Below, piece after piece: positions 1 through 14,670 of a stretch of DNA of 64,000 bases. The DNA is taken from NCBI RefSeq assembly GCF_009914755.1, contig NC_060944.1. One strand, given 5' to 3'. Under the pieces are notes generated by a model, which saw only the letters and a program-made list of their open reading frames with translations, did not search any database and was not told the origin of the DNA. Position 1 is the first letter of the stretch. Each line of letters begins with the position of its first letter. The DNA is from the human T2T-CHM13v2.0 reference genome, Homo sapiens. Position numbers and translations under genes: made by a program.

Positions 1-199
1 GAAGGAAATACCATTTTAAATTTTCCCAAATAGATGGGTAGATTTTTAATGGGAAACAAGAGGGACTACCATTCTTGGAGGAATTCACCCAGCATATGAA
101 AAGGCACACAGGGAGAGACTTCAAGAGGCTTGTGTTTGGAGAGCAAGATTATTTTACTAGATTAAGATTACATAAAGTACCAAAAAACTATGGCATGTT

Positions 200-1900
200 T
201 GATAAATTTCAGTTCAATCTATTTGTGAAATAATTTATCCAAAGCTCATAGAAGATATTATTTTATCACCCTATAATCTAAATGCACACCAATGAGAATT
301 TGAACAAGTTGACACTAAAATATTCCAAATAACTCTTTGAAGAAAGAGAAAGCAAAAACTGGAAAATAATGAGAGTGAGGATGCTACCAATCTAAGGTTA
401 TTATCTGTAGGTAAAGCTTTCTTATCAGGCAACGTCACATCAATGTATGGTTTTACTGAACAAGAAAGAATAAAAAATACCTAAGTATTTATATCAAGAA
501 GTTAGTATTAAGCACAACAAATTAAGCATAAAGAAAAAAGGATGAAGCATATAAAAGTAGAAACTAATGAATTAAAATAAAAGCAAAGCAAACATAAATG
601 GTGGGAAGAGAACAACATAAATATAAAGACAAATAAAACTGATCAGTTATATAACATCAGATATTAGAGTAAATAAATGATAAGAATCTGATGCATCCAT
701 TGAGGCAAACAAATGTTAGTGTCAAAGACAAGAATATTTTTAATAAAAAAAATTGCCAAAACATACTCAAGAAAAAATATAGTCTAAATAAACCAATAAC
801 CTGAGAAAATGGCAGAGAGCTGGGTGAGAGAATTTAGCAAGGGCCATTGTGTTTTCCAATGAGTTATTAGAAATTTTAGAAAAATACACTTTCCATGAGA
901 AAATAATAGTTACATGCCATGAAATATTATGCAATGCATCCCAGTTAAATTGAGTCATCTGGAAGAATCCAAATAAAATTGAATCCAACAAAACCAGGTA
1001 AGCTTTAACCCAGCAATACAATTTACTAGAATATAAAAACCAAGCTCTCTCCAGCATGCAAAGATACAGCCAGAAAGTAGCTGTCTACAAGCCAGGAAGA
1101 GGGCCCTCACCAGAACCTGACCATGTCAACCTCCAGAACTATGAGAAATAAAAGTCTGTTGTTTAAGAAAAAAAAAAAAAAAACAGACAACAAAAACAAA
1201 AAACACCAGCACCAATAGCAACAATCCTATAGCTTTAGTATGATATATCAGTAGGCCAAAAGAGAAAATATTATATTTATTTTAGTGGCAGAAATGACAC
1301 TTTATATAATTCAATTAAAAGTTAATATTACTACTATAACCAGAATTTTTTATGATAAAAGATAACTTTTTTAAGCAGCACAATCTAGCATAAAAGTAGA
1401 ACCATTCTTTCAAAGTCAGGAACAAGGTGAGAAATGTTGCTTTATTATTTTTTAAGCTTGTTTGTAAAGTTCTAGCAAGGGCAATAAGATAAGAAACAAA
1501 ATAATTAATAATAATTAAGAAGACAGTTCTATCACTATTCACTGAGGATATGATTCAGAAAATACAGAATCTTAAAAAATGTTTAATTTTATGAAAAATA
1601 TAAATTACCTAAATATACTAAGAAAGCCTAAATATGAAAAAGAAATATAAATAACCCAATATAAAATCAAATACTTTATTTAGTCAAAAACAAGAAATAA
1701 TACAATGAAAATATTAATTATAAGGGCAATTATCTGTATGTTCATGAAATTACACACTAACTTCATAAATAAAACCTATTAAGTCCAAACTAATAATACA
1801 ATATAATTAAAGTCCTGATTAACAAGGCTAAGGTGGGGTTTGAGATCACTGAGATTTTAAAGTAAATAACTTTTTCCTATTCAAGAGAAAGATCATTTGT
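200..1900 (+). mobile_element. Old degenerate LINE-1 (L1M/L1ME-type) ORF2 fragments
   Basis: A-rich + strand with decayed L1 ORF2-like stretches, e.g. 'tttcaaagtcaggaacaagg' and 'aaagttctagcaagggcaataagataagaaac...cagttctatcactattc...gatatgatt'. No open frame; boundaries approximate. Confidence 0.6.
1045..1183 (+). mobile_element. MaLR LTR 3' fragment (MLT1A/MSTC-D-like) ending in poly(A)
   Basis: 'aagccaggaagagggccctcaccagaacctgaccatg...ctccagaactatgagaaataaaagtctgttgtttaag' followed by A16. Confidence 0.8.
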
Positions 1901-2078
1901 TTATTAACGTCAGATTCTATAAAATTAAAATGTATGTTATGATACTTAATATAAAGAATAAAAGAATAGAATAGGAAATATAGCTTCTAAACTAGAGCAA
2001 TGTACATTTTACTTCTAGTAAAGTCCTGATAACACCTATCAGACCAATCCTCCCACAGATTACGACTATAATTCCTGG

Positions 2079-2466
2079 TGTGTTAATCGGTTTTCACACT
2101 GCTATAAAGCAGTGTGAAACACTACCTAGACTGTGTAATTTATAAACGAAAGAGGTTTAATTGACTCACAGTTCTGCATGGCTGAGGAGGTCTCAGGAAA
2201 CTTATAATTATGGCAGAAGGCAAAGGGGAAGCAAGGTACATCTTACATGGCAGCAGGAGAGGGAGAGAAAGCAAAGGGGGATCTCCCAAAAACTTTTAAA
2301 GCCATTAGTTCTTATGAGAACTCTCTCACTATCACAGGAACAGCATGGGGTAAAGCGCCCCCATGATCCAATCACCTACCACCAGGTCCCTCCCTCGATA
2401 CCTCAACACGTGAGGATTACAATTTGAGATGAGATTTGGGTGGGGACACAGAGCCAAACCATATAA
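2079..2466 (-). mobile_element. THE1 (THE1C/D-like) solo LTR
   Basis: Ends 'gagatttgggtggggacacagagccaaaccatataa', the reverse complement of the THE1 start. 5-bp TSD cctgg (2074-2078) / tctgg (2467-2471). Confidence 0.9.
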
Positions 2467-3487
2467 TCTGGACAAAAATTAAGCCAGCCAGTCAGTAAGC
2501 AAATAAATAAGCAAAAAAACTATCTGAAAGCATTGAAGAGGACTAAAAGCAAGCAGATACTGAAGCTTAGCTGACATTTTAAAGAATCAAAGAGCATGGG
2601 TGAGTTTTCCCTTTTAAGAGCTTTTCTTTGTTGGCAGAATTCAATCTTAATTGTGCTATAGGGCTACAGCTCTTTATGGAAAACCTAAAGTCCTACTTTC
2701 TTGACAAACCAGAGAACAGGTCACTGGGTGATATGGTTTGGCTCTGTGTCCCCACTCAAATCTCATCTTGAATTGTAATCCCCACATGTCAGAGGAGAGA
2801 CCTGGTGGGAGGTGATTGGATCATGGGGGTGGGTTTTTCTGATGCTGTCCTGGTGCTAGTGAGTGAGTTCCCATGAGATCTGCTGGTTTAAAAGTGTGGC
2901 ACTTTCCCCTTTCTCTCTCTCTTGCTGCTGTGTAAGACTTGACTTGCTTTCCCTTCTGCCATGATTGTAAGTTTCCTGAGGTCTCCCTAGCCATGTGGAA
3001 CTGTGAGTCAATTAAACCTCTTCTGTTTATAAATTACCCAGTCTCAGGTAGTTCTTTATAGCAGTATAAAAATGGACTAATACAGAAAAATGGTAGTGGG
3101 AGTTTGGGGCACTGCTATAAATTTACCTGAAAATGTGAAAATGATTTTGGAACTGGGTAATGAGCAGAGGCTGGAGCAGTTTGGAGGGATCAGGAGAAGA
3201 TAAGAAGATATGGGAAAGTTTGGAATTTTCTAGAGGCTTGTTGAATGGTTTTGACCAAAATGCTAATAGTGATATGGACAATAAAGTCCAGGCTGAGATT
3301 GTCTCACATGTAGATGAGGAACTTATTGAGAACTGGAGTAAAGTTACTCTTGCTATGCTTTAGGAAAGAGACTGGTGGCAATTTGTCCCTGCCCTAGAGA
3401 TCTGTGGAACTTTGAACTTGAGAGAGATTATTTAGGCTCTCTGGGAGAGGAAATTTCTAAGCAGCAAAGCATTCAAGAAGTGACATG

Positions 3488-3825
<338 letters not shown>

Positions 3826-3930
3826 TCATGTGTTCACAAAGAGATGGTCTGAAATTGGAACTTATGTTTAAAAGGGAAGGAGAAAGCAGAGCATAAAAAT
3901 TTGGAAAGTTTGCAGCCTGACCATATGGTA

Positions 3931-4286
3931 TGATATGGTTTGGCTTTGTCCCCACCCAAATCTAATCTTGAATTCCCACATGTCGTGGGAGGTACCTGGT
4001 GGGAGATAATTGAATCATGAGAGTGTGTCTTTCCCATGCTGTTCTCATGATAGTGAATGGGTCTTATGCGATCTGATGGTATTATAACGGGGAGTTCCCT
4101 GGCACAAGCTCTTTTTCTTTGCCTACTGCCATCCATGTAAGACATGACTTGCTTCTCTTTGCCTTCTACCAGGATTGTGAGGCCTCCCCAGCCACATGGA
4201 ACTGTAAGTCCAATAAACCTCTTCCTTTTGTAAATTACTCAGACTAAGGTGTGTTTTTATCAGCAGTGTGAAAACAGACTAATACA
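3931..4286 (+). mobile_element. THE1A/B solo LTR nested in THE1D internal region
   Basis: tgatatggtttggctttgtcccc...cagcagtgtgaaaacagactaataca, with duplicated target 'ggta' on both sides. Confidence 0.9.
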
Positions 4287-5769
4287 GGTAGAAAACAAAA
4301 ACTCATTTTTCAGGGAAGAATTCAAGCCCAAGCAGGCTGCAGAAATTTGCATAAGTAACAAGGACAAGAAGCCAAATGTTAATAGCCAAGACAATGGGGA
4401 AAATGTCTCCATGGCATTCCAGAAATCTTTATGGCAGCCCCTTCATATCACAGACCCAGAGGTCTAGGAGGGAAAAATAGTTTCATGGGCTTGGCCCAGG
4501 GCCCAGATGCTCTGCTCAGTCTCAGGATACAGTTTGCTGTGCCCCAGCCACTTCAGCTCCAGCCATGGCCAGAGGGAATAAGGTACAACTTGGGCCGTGG
4601 CTTCAGAGGGTGCAAGACCCATGCCTTGGTGACTTCCATAAGCAATTGGGCCTGCAGGTGTGCAGAAGACAAGAGTTGAGCTTTGGGAGCCTCCATCTAG
4701 ATTTCAGAGGATGTATTGAAACACCAGGATGTCTAGGCAGAAGTCTGTTGCAGGTGGGGAGCCCTAATGGAGAACCTATAATAGGGGAGTGCAGAGGGGA
4801 AATGTGGAATTGGAGCTCCCACAAAGAGTCCCCACTGGGGCACTGCCTAGTGGAACTATGAGAAGAGGGTCACCATCTTCCAGACCCCAGAATGGTAGAT
4901 ACACTGACAGCTTGCATCAGACACCTAGAAAAGCCACAGGCACTCAATGACAGCCTGTGAAAGCAGCCCAGAGGGGGCTATACTCTGCAGAGGCACAGGA
5001 ACAGAGCTTCCCAAGGCCTTGAGAGCCCACCTCTTGCACCAGCATGTCCTGGATGTGAGACATGAAGTGAAAGGAGATTATTTTGGAGCTTTAAGATTTA
5101 ATCACTGCCCTGATGGGTTTCATATTTGTATGGGGCCTGTAGCCCCTTTGTTTTGGTCAATTTCTCCCATTTGGAACAGGAGCATTTACCCAATGCCTGT
5201 GCCCCCACTGTATCTTGGAAGTACCAAGTGCTTTTAATTTTATAGGCACATAGGTGGAAGGGAATCACCTTGTCTCAGATGAGACTTTGGACTTGGACTT
5301 TTGAGTTAATGCTGGAAGAAGTTAAGACTTTGGGGGACTGTTGGGAAAGCATGATTCATTTTTAAATGTGAGAATGACATAATATTTGGAAGGGGCTGGG
5401 CAGAATTATATGGTTTGGCTCTGTGTCTCCACCCAAATTTCATCTTGAGTTGCAATCCACATGTGTCAAGGAAGAGACCTGTGGGGAGGTGATTGAACCA
5501 TGGGGGTGGATTTTCCCCAACCTGTTCTCATAATAATGGCTGAGTTATCATGAGATCTGACAGTCTAAAAGTGTGGCACATCCTCTCTTGCTTTCTCTCT
5601 TGCCAACATATAAGACATGCCTTGTTTCCCCGTCAGCCATGATTGTAAGTTTCCTGAGGCCTCCCCAGTCATGCAAAACTGTGAGTTAATTAAACCTCTT
5701 TTCTTTATAACTTACCCACTCTCAGGTAGTTCTTTATAGCAGACTAAATACAGACTAATCCATGGGGAA

Positions 5770-6168
5770 ACTGGAAAGCAAGGAAGGAAAACCTCAGAAA
5801 ATAGGAAAGATTTTAAAGCAGCTATTCTAACTATGCCCAAAGACATAAAGTAAAGTATGCTCATAATAAATAAAGAGATAGGGAGTCTCAGCAAATGAGT
5901 AAAAATTACTTAAAAAAGGGAATTCTACAATGGAACATTACACTACCTAAAATAAACTATTGGAGAATGAGGAAATGGAAATAGAAAAAGACAAAACAAA
6001 AATTAATTCATTACAAAAGTCAAAAAGGAAAAGAAATTAAAAAGAATAAGCAGAACAAATAGCAGTCATAGCAAAAGATTAAAAAATAAATCAAATTGAA
6101 GCCACAAATGTAAAAGGAGGAAACTCTCCATATAAAACATGACAATTATCAGGCTTGAATAGGTAGAT

Positions 6169-6201
<33 letters not shown>

Positions 6202-6760
6202 TAGATGAAATAGATAGATAGATAGATATAGATGAAATAAAGACACACAACTGAATCCAATTGTATGAAAATCAATTGAATACTGGATTTGAAAAGCATA
6301 GTATCTACTGGAACATTTTTGGAACAATTGGGGAAATAAAACATGGACAGAATGTTAGATAATATTGCTGAATAGATGTTAAAAGGTCTAGGTATAATAA
6401 AACGTAAAAGATTTATATGATCTGAAAAGAAACCAGAGTATAGTCTAGATATTACAATTACATTGTGATTATGTAAGAGAGTGACTTTATTCTTAGGATA
6501 AACCTGCGGAAGTATTTAGGGAAAAAGTTAAGTTATGCTTTCAGCTTACCTCTAAATGATTCAACAGATAAAAATGTACCATATTTGGAAAGACAGTGAA
6601 ACAGAGAAGGTGGGGGAGAGAAAACAAATGTGACAAAATGATAATAAATGGTAAATCTAAGTGTTGGATTTATTTGTATTATTTCAGTTTTTCTGGTTGT
6701 TTGAAAATATTTAATATAAAGTATTGAGAAAAGTAAATACATGTTAGTAAAAAGAAGCAA
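5770..6760 (+). mobile_element. Old L1 (L1MC/ME) ORF1 and 3' end fragments
   Basis: L1 ORF1-like 'gattttaaagcagctattctaactatgcccaaagac' and L1MC/ME 3'-like 'ggaagtatttaggg...aaatggtaaatctaag'. Confidence 0.6.
6165..6237 (+). repeat. (GATA)n compound microsatellite
   Basis: tagatagaaagatagatagatag... with two 'atatagatgaaata' interruptions. Confidence 0.95.
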
Positions 6761-6875
6761 GATAATAAAACCTTTAAAACATCATTGAAAAATATTCATG
6801 TGTATGCTCATGTGGGGGTCTATGCTATTCCCAAGAGATCCAGATAAACTTCCTAAAATTTCTACCACCTAACCC

Positions 6876-7203
6876 TTTTTTTTTGTTTGTTTTGTTTTGT
6901 TTTATTTTGTTTTTTGACAGGGTCTTGCTCTGTCACCCAGTCTGGAGTGCAGTTGCCCAATCTTGCTGATCTTGGTTCACTGCAACACTTACCCCTCAGG
7001 TTCAAGTGATGCTCCCACCTCAGCTTCCCAAGTAGCTGGGACTACAGCACACACCATCATGCCCTACTAACTTTTGTATTTTTAGTAGAGACAGGGTTCC
7101 ACCATGTTGTCCAGGCTGGTATCAGACTCTTGAGCTCAAGTAATCCACCCAACTTGGTCTCCCAAAGTGCTGGGATTACAAGCATGAACCACAATGCCCA
7201 GCC
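6876..7203 (-). mobile_element. AluJ
   Basis: T-rich tail, reverse-complement Alu body ending gcccagcc. TSD taaccc. Confidence 0.92.
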
Positions 7204-7234
7204 TAACCCAATTCTAAAATAAGACTTTAGGAGA

Positions 7235-7340
7235 GTGAATTTATTACCACTGAACTGTACAATTAGAAGTGGTAAAGATGGTAAATTATGTATGCATATT
7301 TTACCTCAATAAAAATAAATTTTGTTTTATTTTAAATAAA
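7235..7340 (+). mobile_element. Old L1 (L1MB/ME) extreme 3' end
   Basis: 'ccactgaactgtacaattagaagtggtaaagatggtaaattatgtatgcatattttacctcaataaaa'. Confidence 0.75.
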
Positions 7341-7559
7341 AACAAATTTAAAAGAGCGTAAAGAAATTTAAAAAAAGATTACTCATATCTTACTTTCATC
7401 TGATTTAGGATTTACTCTTGAACAAAACTAGTTATGAGTTAACTATATCATGATATTGACCAGTTCTAGTTGTGAAGTGATTTTTATGTTGATTCGAAAT
7501 CTATCTCACCATTTTTTCCCACTCTTATTATGTGACCTTTGACACATCACTATCTTTTG

Positions 7560-7870
7560 GTATCTGCAGAACTTAAGTAGTTAAGTAACAGAAAATCCAA
7601 CTCAAAATAATTTAACCTAAAAAGGAAATATGTTGGTTGTTGAACAAAGTATTTTAAGATTAGTGAATCATATATGGCTGTACCCAAGAACTCAAATGAT
7701 ATCATTTGATTTCAGTTTCTCTTTAGTCTCAGCTTTCCTCTCTTTTGGCATCCTATTGATGGTAAGATGTCTATCACCCTCTTCCAATTCACATTCTCTC
7801 AGCTACCCCAAGGTGAAAATAAGTTATCTTTTATCGAATTTCCAACAGAAGTTCCAAAAACTTGTCTTAT
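7560..7870. mobile_element. Ancient MLT1-type LTR remnant
   Basis: 'aagtaacagaaaatccaactcaaaataatttaac...aaggaaatatgttggtt' resembles old MLT1 (J-N) LTR ends. Confidence 0.45.
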
Positions 7871-9998
7871 TTACACACAACAAAAAGATTTATGCTCATT
7901 TTACAAGGACACAAAGCAGCCAAGTGGAAGGTGTGCTTCCTAAAACATGTTATGGGAGGAGGGAGGCAGAGCAACATGGTGGAATAGAAGGCTCCCCTAA
8001 TTGTCCCCCTCACAAGGACACCAATTTAACAACTATCTACACAAGAAAAACACCTTCATCAGGTGAGCACTCACAGTACCTCGTTTTAACTTCATATCGC
8101 TGAAAGACACAATGAAGAGATAGAAAAGCAGTCTTGAATCACCCACCACACATACCCTACTTCACCTACAGTGGTAGCATGGTGCAAAGTGTGTTTTTTT
8201 GTGCTGTCAAAGGGACAGAGCAGCAATTAGCAGGCACTGAACTCAGGGCTGTCCTGTTATATAGCAGAAAGGAAAACCAGACCAGACTCAGCTCATGTCC
8301 TCCCCTGGAGGGAGCACTTAAACCAGCCCTAGCCAGAAAGGAATCACCAGTTGCAGTGGTCAGAACTTGAGTTCCTATAAACCTCACCACTGCAGGCTAA
8401 GGTGCTATGGGGCCCTAGTAAACTTGAAAGGCAGTCTAGGTCACAAAGACTGCAACTTTTACCCAAGTCTTAGTGCTGAACTGGGCCCAGAAACAGTGAA
8501 CTAGTGGGGCACATGAGCTAACAAGACACCAGCTGGGGCTTCAGAAGGAGTGCTAACATGAACCCTCCCCTAACTCCAGGCTGCACAGCTCATGGCTCCA
8601 AATGAGACCTATTCATTCCACTTGAGGAGAGGAGAGGGTAGAGTGGGGAGAACTTTGTCTTCATCCTGGATACCAGCTCAACCACAACAGGATAGGGCAC
8701 AGGTTAAAGTTGTAAAGCCCTCTTTCCATGTCCTAGCTCCCAGAGGACATTTCTAGGCACACTCTGTGCCAGAAGGCAACCCACTACCTTGAAAGGAAGG
8801 ACCCAGAATTGGAAGAATTTATCACCTGCTAACTGAAGGGCCCCTGGTCCCTGAAAAACCAGCAGTGATACACAGGTACTATGTTGAGGGCCTTGGGTGA
8901 GGCTCTGAGAATTGCTGGCTTCAGGTGAGACTCAAAATATTCCCATCTTTGGTGACTATGGGTTTTCAGAAAAACAGAGGGCAAAGTAAAGGGGACTTTG
9001 CCTTGCACTTAGGTACTAGCTCAGCCACAGGAGAGTAGAGCACCAAGTGGGTTCTGAGAGTACTCAATTCCAGAATTTGGCTCTTGGACAGCACTTTTGA
9101 ACCTACCATGGGTCAGAGGGGAGCCCACTGCCCTGAAAGGTGAGTCTCAGGCCAGCAAGCATTTTCCACAAGTTGATGCAAGAGCCCTTAGGCCTTCAGG
9201 GAACATCAGCAGTAGTCTGGCAGTACTCCCCATGGACCTGTGGTGGTGATAGCAATACGATGAGGCTCCTTTGCCTTCTAAAGGAGACAGGAGAGTTGGA
9301 AGAAATGCATCTTTTGGTTTGAGTGCCAGCTAAACTGCAGCACAAAACAATACCAAGTAGACATCTAAGGTTTTTGAATCTAGTCCCTGGCTCCCAGGTG
9401 ACACTTCTGGACTCACGAGGGGACAAGGGTAACTCCTTGCCCTGAAAGGAAGAATACAAGACTGGCTGACTTCACCACCTGCTGATTGTAGACCTCCGGG
9501 ACCTTGAGCAAACATAGGCAGTAGCAGGAATCGGTTACCACAGGCCTTGGGCAACACCCAGTGCTGTACAGGATTCAGGTCTGACCAAGTACAGTCATAG
9601 TGCTGGTGGCCACAGGGGGGTTTGTGTCACTCCACCCCCCAGTTTTAAGTGGATTAGAAAAGAAAGAGAGAGAGACCCTGTTCATTTGGGAGAAAGTAAG
9701 GAAAGAGAACAAGATTCTCTGCCTGATAATTCAGAGAATTCTTCTAGATCTTGTCCAAGACCATCAAGGCAGCTCCTGTACAAGTGTGTAACAATCACAG
9801 TATTACTGGGCTTGGGGTACCCCCTAAAGCAGACGCAACTCAGATCACAACAGTCAAGTAATTTCAAATGTCTAAAAAGCTTCACCAACAGAGACGGCTA
9901 CAAATAAGCCCAGACAGTGAAGACTAATATAAATATCAACTCCTCAATGCCCAGATACAGATGAACATCTACAAGTATAAAGGCATTCCAGGAAAAAG

Positions 9999-10940
9999 AT
10001 GACCTCACAAAATGAACTAAATAAAGCACCAAGGACAAATCCTGGAGAAACTGAGATATTTGACCTTTCAGAGAGAGAATTCCAAATAGCTGTTTTGAGG
10101 AAACTCAAAGAAATTCAATATAACACAGAGAAGGAATTCAGAATTCAATTAAATAAATGTAACAAACAGATTGAAATAATTTTAAAAAATCAAGCAGAAA
10201 TTCTGGAGCTGAAAAGCACAATTGGCATACTGAAGAATACATTAAAGTCTTCTAATAGCAGAACTGATCAAACAGAAGAAAGAATCCATGAGCTATTAGT
10301 GAGTTTAAGATAAGCTAGTTGAAATGACAGAGAAGACAAAATAGAAAAGAATAAAAATAATGAAGCATGCCTACAAAAACTAGAAAAATAGCCTCAAAAG
10401 GGCAAATCTAACAGTTATTAGCCTTAAAGAGATGGTAGAGAAACAGATAGGGGTAGAAAGATCATTCAAAGAAGTAATAACAGGGAACTTCCCAAACCCC
10501 AATATCTTATACTTTGATATATCAATATCCAACTACAAGAAAGTTATATAGCATGAAGGAGATTTAACCCAAAGAAGAAATACCTGAAGAAATACCTGAG
10601 AAGCATTTAATAACTAAACCACCAAAGATCAAGAATAAATAAAAAATCCTAAAAGCAGCAAAATAACATAAACAAATAACATACAATGGAGCTCCAATAA
10701 TTTGGCAGCAGACTTTTCAGTGGAAACCTGACAGGCCAGGAGACAGTGGCATGACATATTTAAAGGGCTGAAGGAAAACGTTTTTTACCCTAGAATAGTA
10801 TATCTGGCAAAAATATCCTTCAAACATGAAGAAGAAATAAAGACTTTCCCAGACAAAGAAAGGCTGAGGGATTTCATTAACACTAAACCTGTCCTACAAG
10901 AAATGCTAAGGGGGTACTTCAATCAGGAAGAAAGGGACGT
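9999..10940 (+). pseudogene. L1 ORF1p remnant (disrupted)
   Basis: ORF 9999-10313 gives an L1 ORF1 coiled-coil-like peptide (DLSEREFQIAVLRKLKEIQ). Downstream ORF1-like sequence is broken by stops and frameshifts. Confidence 0.8.
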
Positions 10941-11097
10941 TAAAGAGATATAAGAAATCATATGAAGGTACAAAACTCACTTGTAGTAAGTACTCAGAAA
11001 AAACACAAAATATTATAATACTGTAACTGTGGTGTGTAAACTACTCTTATCCTAAGTAAAAAGACTAAATGATGAACCCATTAAAAATAATAACTGC

Positions 11098-11404
<307 letters not shown>

Positions 11405-13947
11405 TTAATACATAGTCAAATAAGATATAAATAGAATAAGTAAACAAAAAGATACAAAGCAGTGGGATGAAGTTAAGGCATAGTTTTTATTAGTTTTCTT
11501 TTTGCTTGCTTGTTTATGCAAACAGTGTTATGTTGTTATCAGCTTAAAATAATGGATTTTAAGATAGTATTTGCAAGCCTCATGGTAACCCCAAACCAAA
11601 AAACAAACAACAGATAAACAAGTAAAAAGCAAGAAAATAAATCATATCACCAGGGAGAATCACCTTCACTAAAGGAAGACAGAAAGGAAAGAAAGAAAGA
11701 AGAGAAGACTACAAAACAACCAGAAAACAAATAACAAAATGGCAGGAGTAAGTCCTCATTTATCAATAAGAAAGTTGAATATAAATGGACTAAACTCTCC
11801 AATCAAAAGACATAGAATGGCTGAATGGATCAAAAAGAAAAAGACCCATTGATCTGTTGCCTACAAGAAACATACATTGCCTAAAAAGACACAAAAGGGC
11901 TGAAAACAAAGGGATGGAAAAACATACTCCATGCCAATGGAAACCAAAAAATAGCAGGAGTAGCTATACTTATATAAGACCAAATATGTACCCAACACTG
12001 GAGCACCCAGATATATAAAGGAAATATTATTAGAGCTAAAAAGAGAGATAGCACCCAATAAAATAATAACTGGAGACTTCAACATCCCACTTTCAGCACT
12101 GGACAGGATCTTCCACACAGAATATTGACAAAGAAATGTGTGACTTAATCTGCACTATAGACCCAATGGATCCAACAGATATTTACAAACATTTCATTCA
12201 ACAGCTGCAGAATACACATTCTTTTCCCCAGCACATGGATCATTCTCAAGGATTGACCATATGTTACTTCACAAAATAAGTCTTAAAACATTTTTAAAAA
12301 TTGAAATAATGTCAAGTAACTTCTTGGATCACAATGAAACAAAACCAGAAATCAATAACGAGGAATTTGGGAAACTATGCAAATAAATAAAAATTAAACA
12401 ATATGCTCCTGAATGACATGTGGTTCAATGAGGAAATTAAGAAGGAAATTGAAAATTTTCTTGAAACAAATGATAATGGAAACACAACATGTCAAACCTT
12501 ATGGAACACAGCAAAAACAATACTAAGACAGAAGTTTAAATCTATAAGTGTCTACAAAAAAAGGAGAAAATGTTCAAATAAATAATTGAATGGTGCATTT
12601 TAAAGGAGAAAAGCAAGAGCAAACAAACCCAAAATTAGTAGTAGAAAAAAAAGATCAGAGCAGAAATAAATGAATTTGAAATGAAGAAAACAATACACAA
12701 GACCAATGAAACAAAAAGTCAGCTTTTTGAAAATTTAAACAAAATTGACAAATCTTTAGCTAGACTAACTAAGAAAAAAAGAGAGAAGATCCAAATAAAT
12801 AAAAGCACACATGAAAAAGGAGACATTGCAACTGATGCTGCAGAAATTGAAAGGATTATTAGTGGCCACAATGAGCAACTATATGCCAAAAAATTGGAAA
12901 ATCTAGAAAAACAGACAAATTCCTAGACACATGCAACCTAACATGATTGTACCAGGAAGAAATTCAAAACCTGAACAGACCAATAACAAATAGCAAGATT
13001 GAAGCCATAGCAAAAAGCCTCCCAGAAAAGAAAAACTGAGGACCCAGTAGCTTCAGTGCTGAATTCTACCAAACATTTAAAGAAGAACTAATACCAATCC
13101 CACTCAAACTATTCTAAAAAATAGAGGAGGAGGAAATACTTCCATATTTATTCTACGAGGCCAGTATTACTTTGATACCACAACCAGACAAAGACACATC
13201 AAAAAAAGAAAACTGCAAGCCAACATCACTGATGAATATAGGTGCAAAATTATCAACAAAATACTAGAAAACCAAATTCAACAATACATTAGAAAGATCA
13301 TTCATCATGTCCAAGTAAGATTTATTCCTGGGATGCAAGGATGGTTCAACATATGCAAGTCAATCAATGTTATACATTGCATCAACACACTGAAGAACAA
13401 AAACCATACGATCATTTCAATTGATGCTGAAAAAGCATTTGATAAAATTCAACATCTTTTAATGATAACCCTCTCAAAAACTGGGGATAGAAAGAATATA
13501 TCTCTGTATAATAAAAGCCGTATATGACAGATCCACAACTAGTATCATACTGAATGGGAAAAAACTGAAAGCCTTTCCTCTAAGATCTGGAACATGACAA
13601 GGATGCCTACTTTTACCACTGTTACCCAACACAGTACTGAAGTCCTAGCTAGAGCAATCGGACAAAAGAGAGAAATAAAGGTCATCCAAATTGGAATGGA
13701 AGAAGTCAAATTATCCTTGTTTGCAGGTGATATAATCTTAAATTTGTGTGACCTTAAAGGCTTCACACACACGAAATAAAACTACTAAAACTGATAAAAG
13801 AATTTAGTAAAGTTGCCAGATACAAAATCAACATACATAAAACAGCAACATTTTTATATGCTAATAGTGAACAATCTGAAAAAGAAATAAAAAGATAATC
13901 CCATTTAAAATAGCCACAAATAAAATTAAGTGCTAGGTATTAACTTA

Positions 13948-14367
<420 letters not shown>

Positions 14368-14382
14368 CTAATATATATATAA

Positions 14383-14670
14383 TTTTTTTTTGAAACTGTG
14401 TCTCACTCTGTCACCCAGGCTGGAGTGCAGTGGCACAATCTGCTCACTGCTACCTCGACTTCCTGGGCTCAAGTGATCCTCCCACCTAAGCCTCCCAAGT
14501 AGCTGGGATTACAGTCATGTGCCACCATGCCTGGATAATTTTTGTATTTTTTTGTAGATACGGGGTTTTGCCATGTTGCCCAGGTTGGTCTCAAACTCCT
14601 GGGCTCAAAAACTGCCCACCTTAGCCTCCCAAAGTGTTGAGACTACAGGCATGAGCCACCATGCCCAACT
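14383..14670 (-). mobile_element. AluJ inside L1 ORF2
   Basis: Reverse-complement Alu with J-type 'cctgggctcaagtgatcctcccacct'. Confidence 0.92.

Noticed and set aside
7630-8103. 157-aa ORF
   Set aside because: Runs across an MLT1 relic into the L1 5' UTR; a chance ORF with no known motif.
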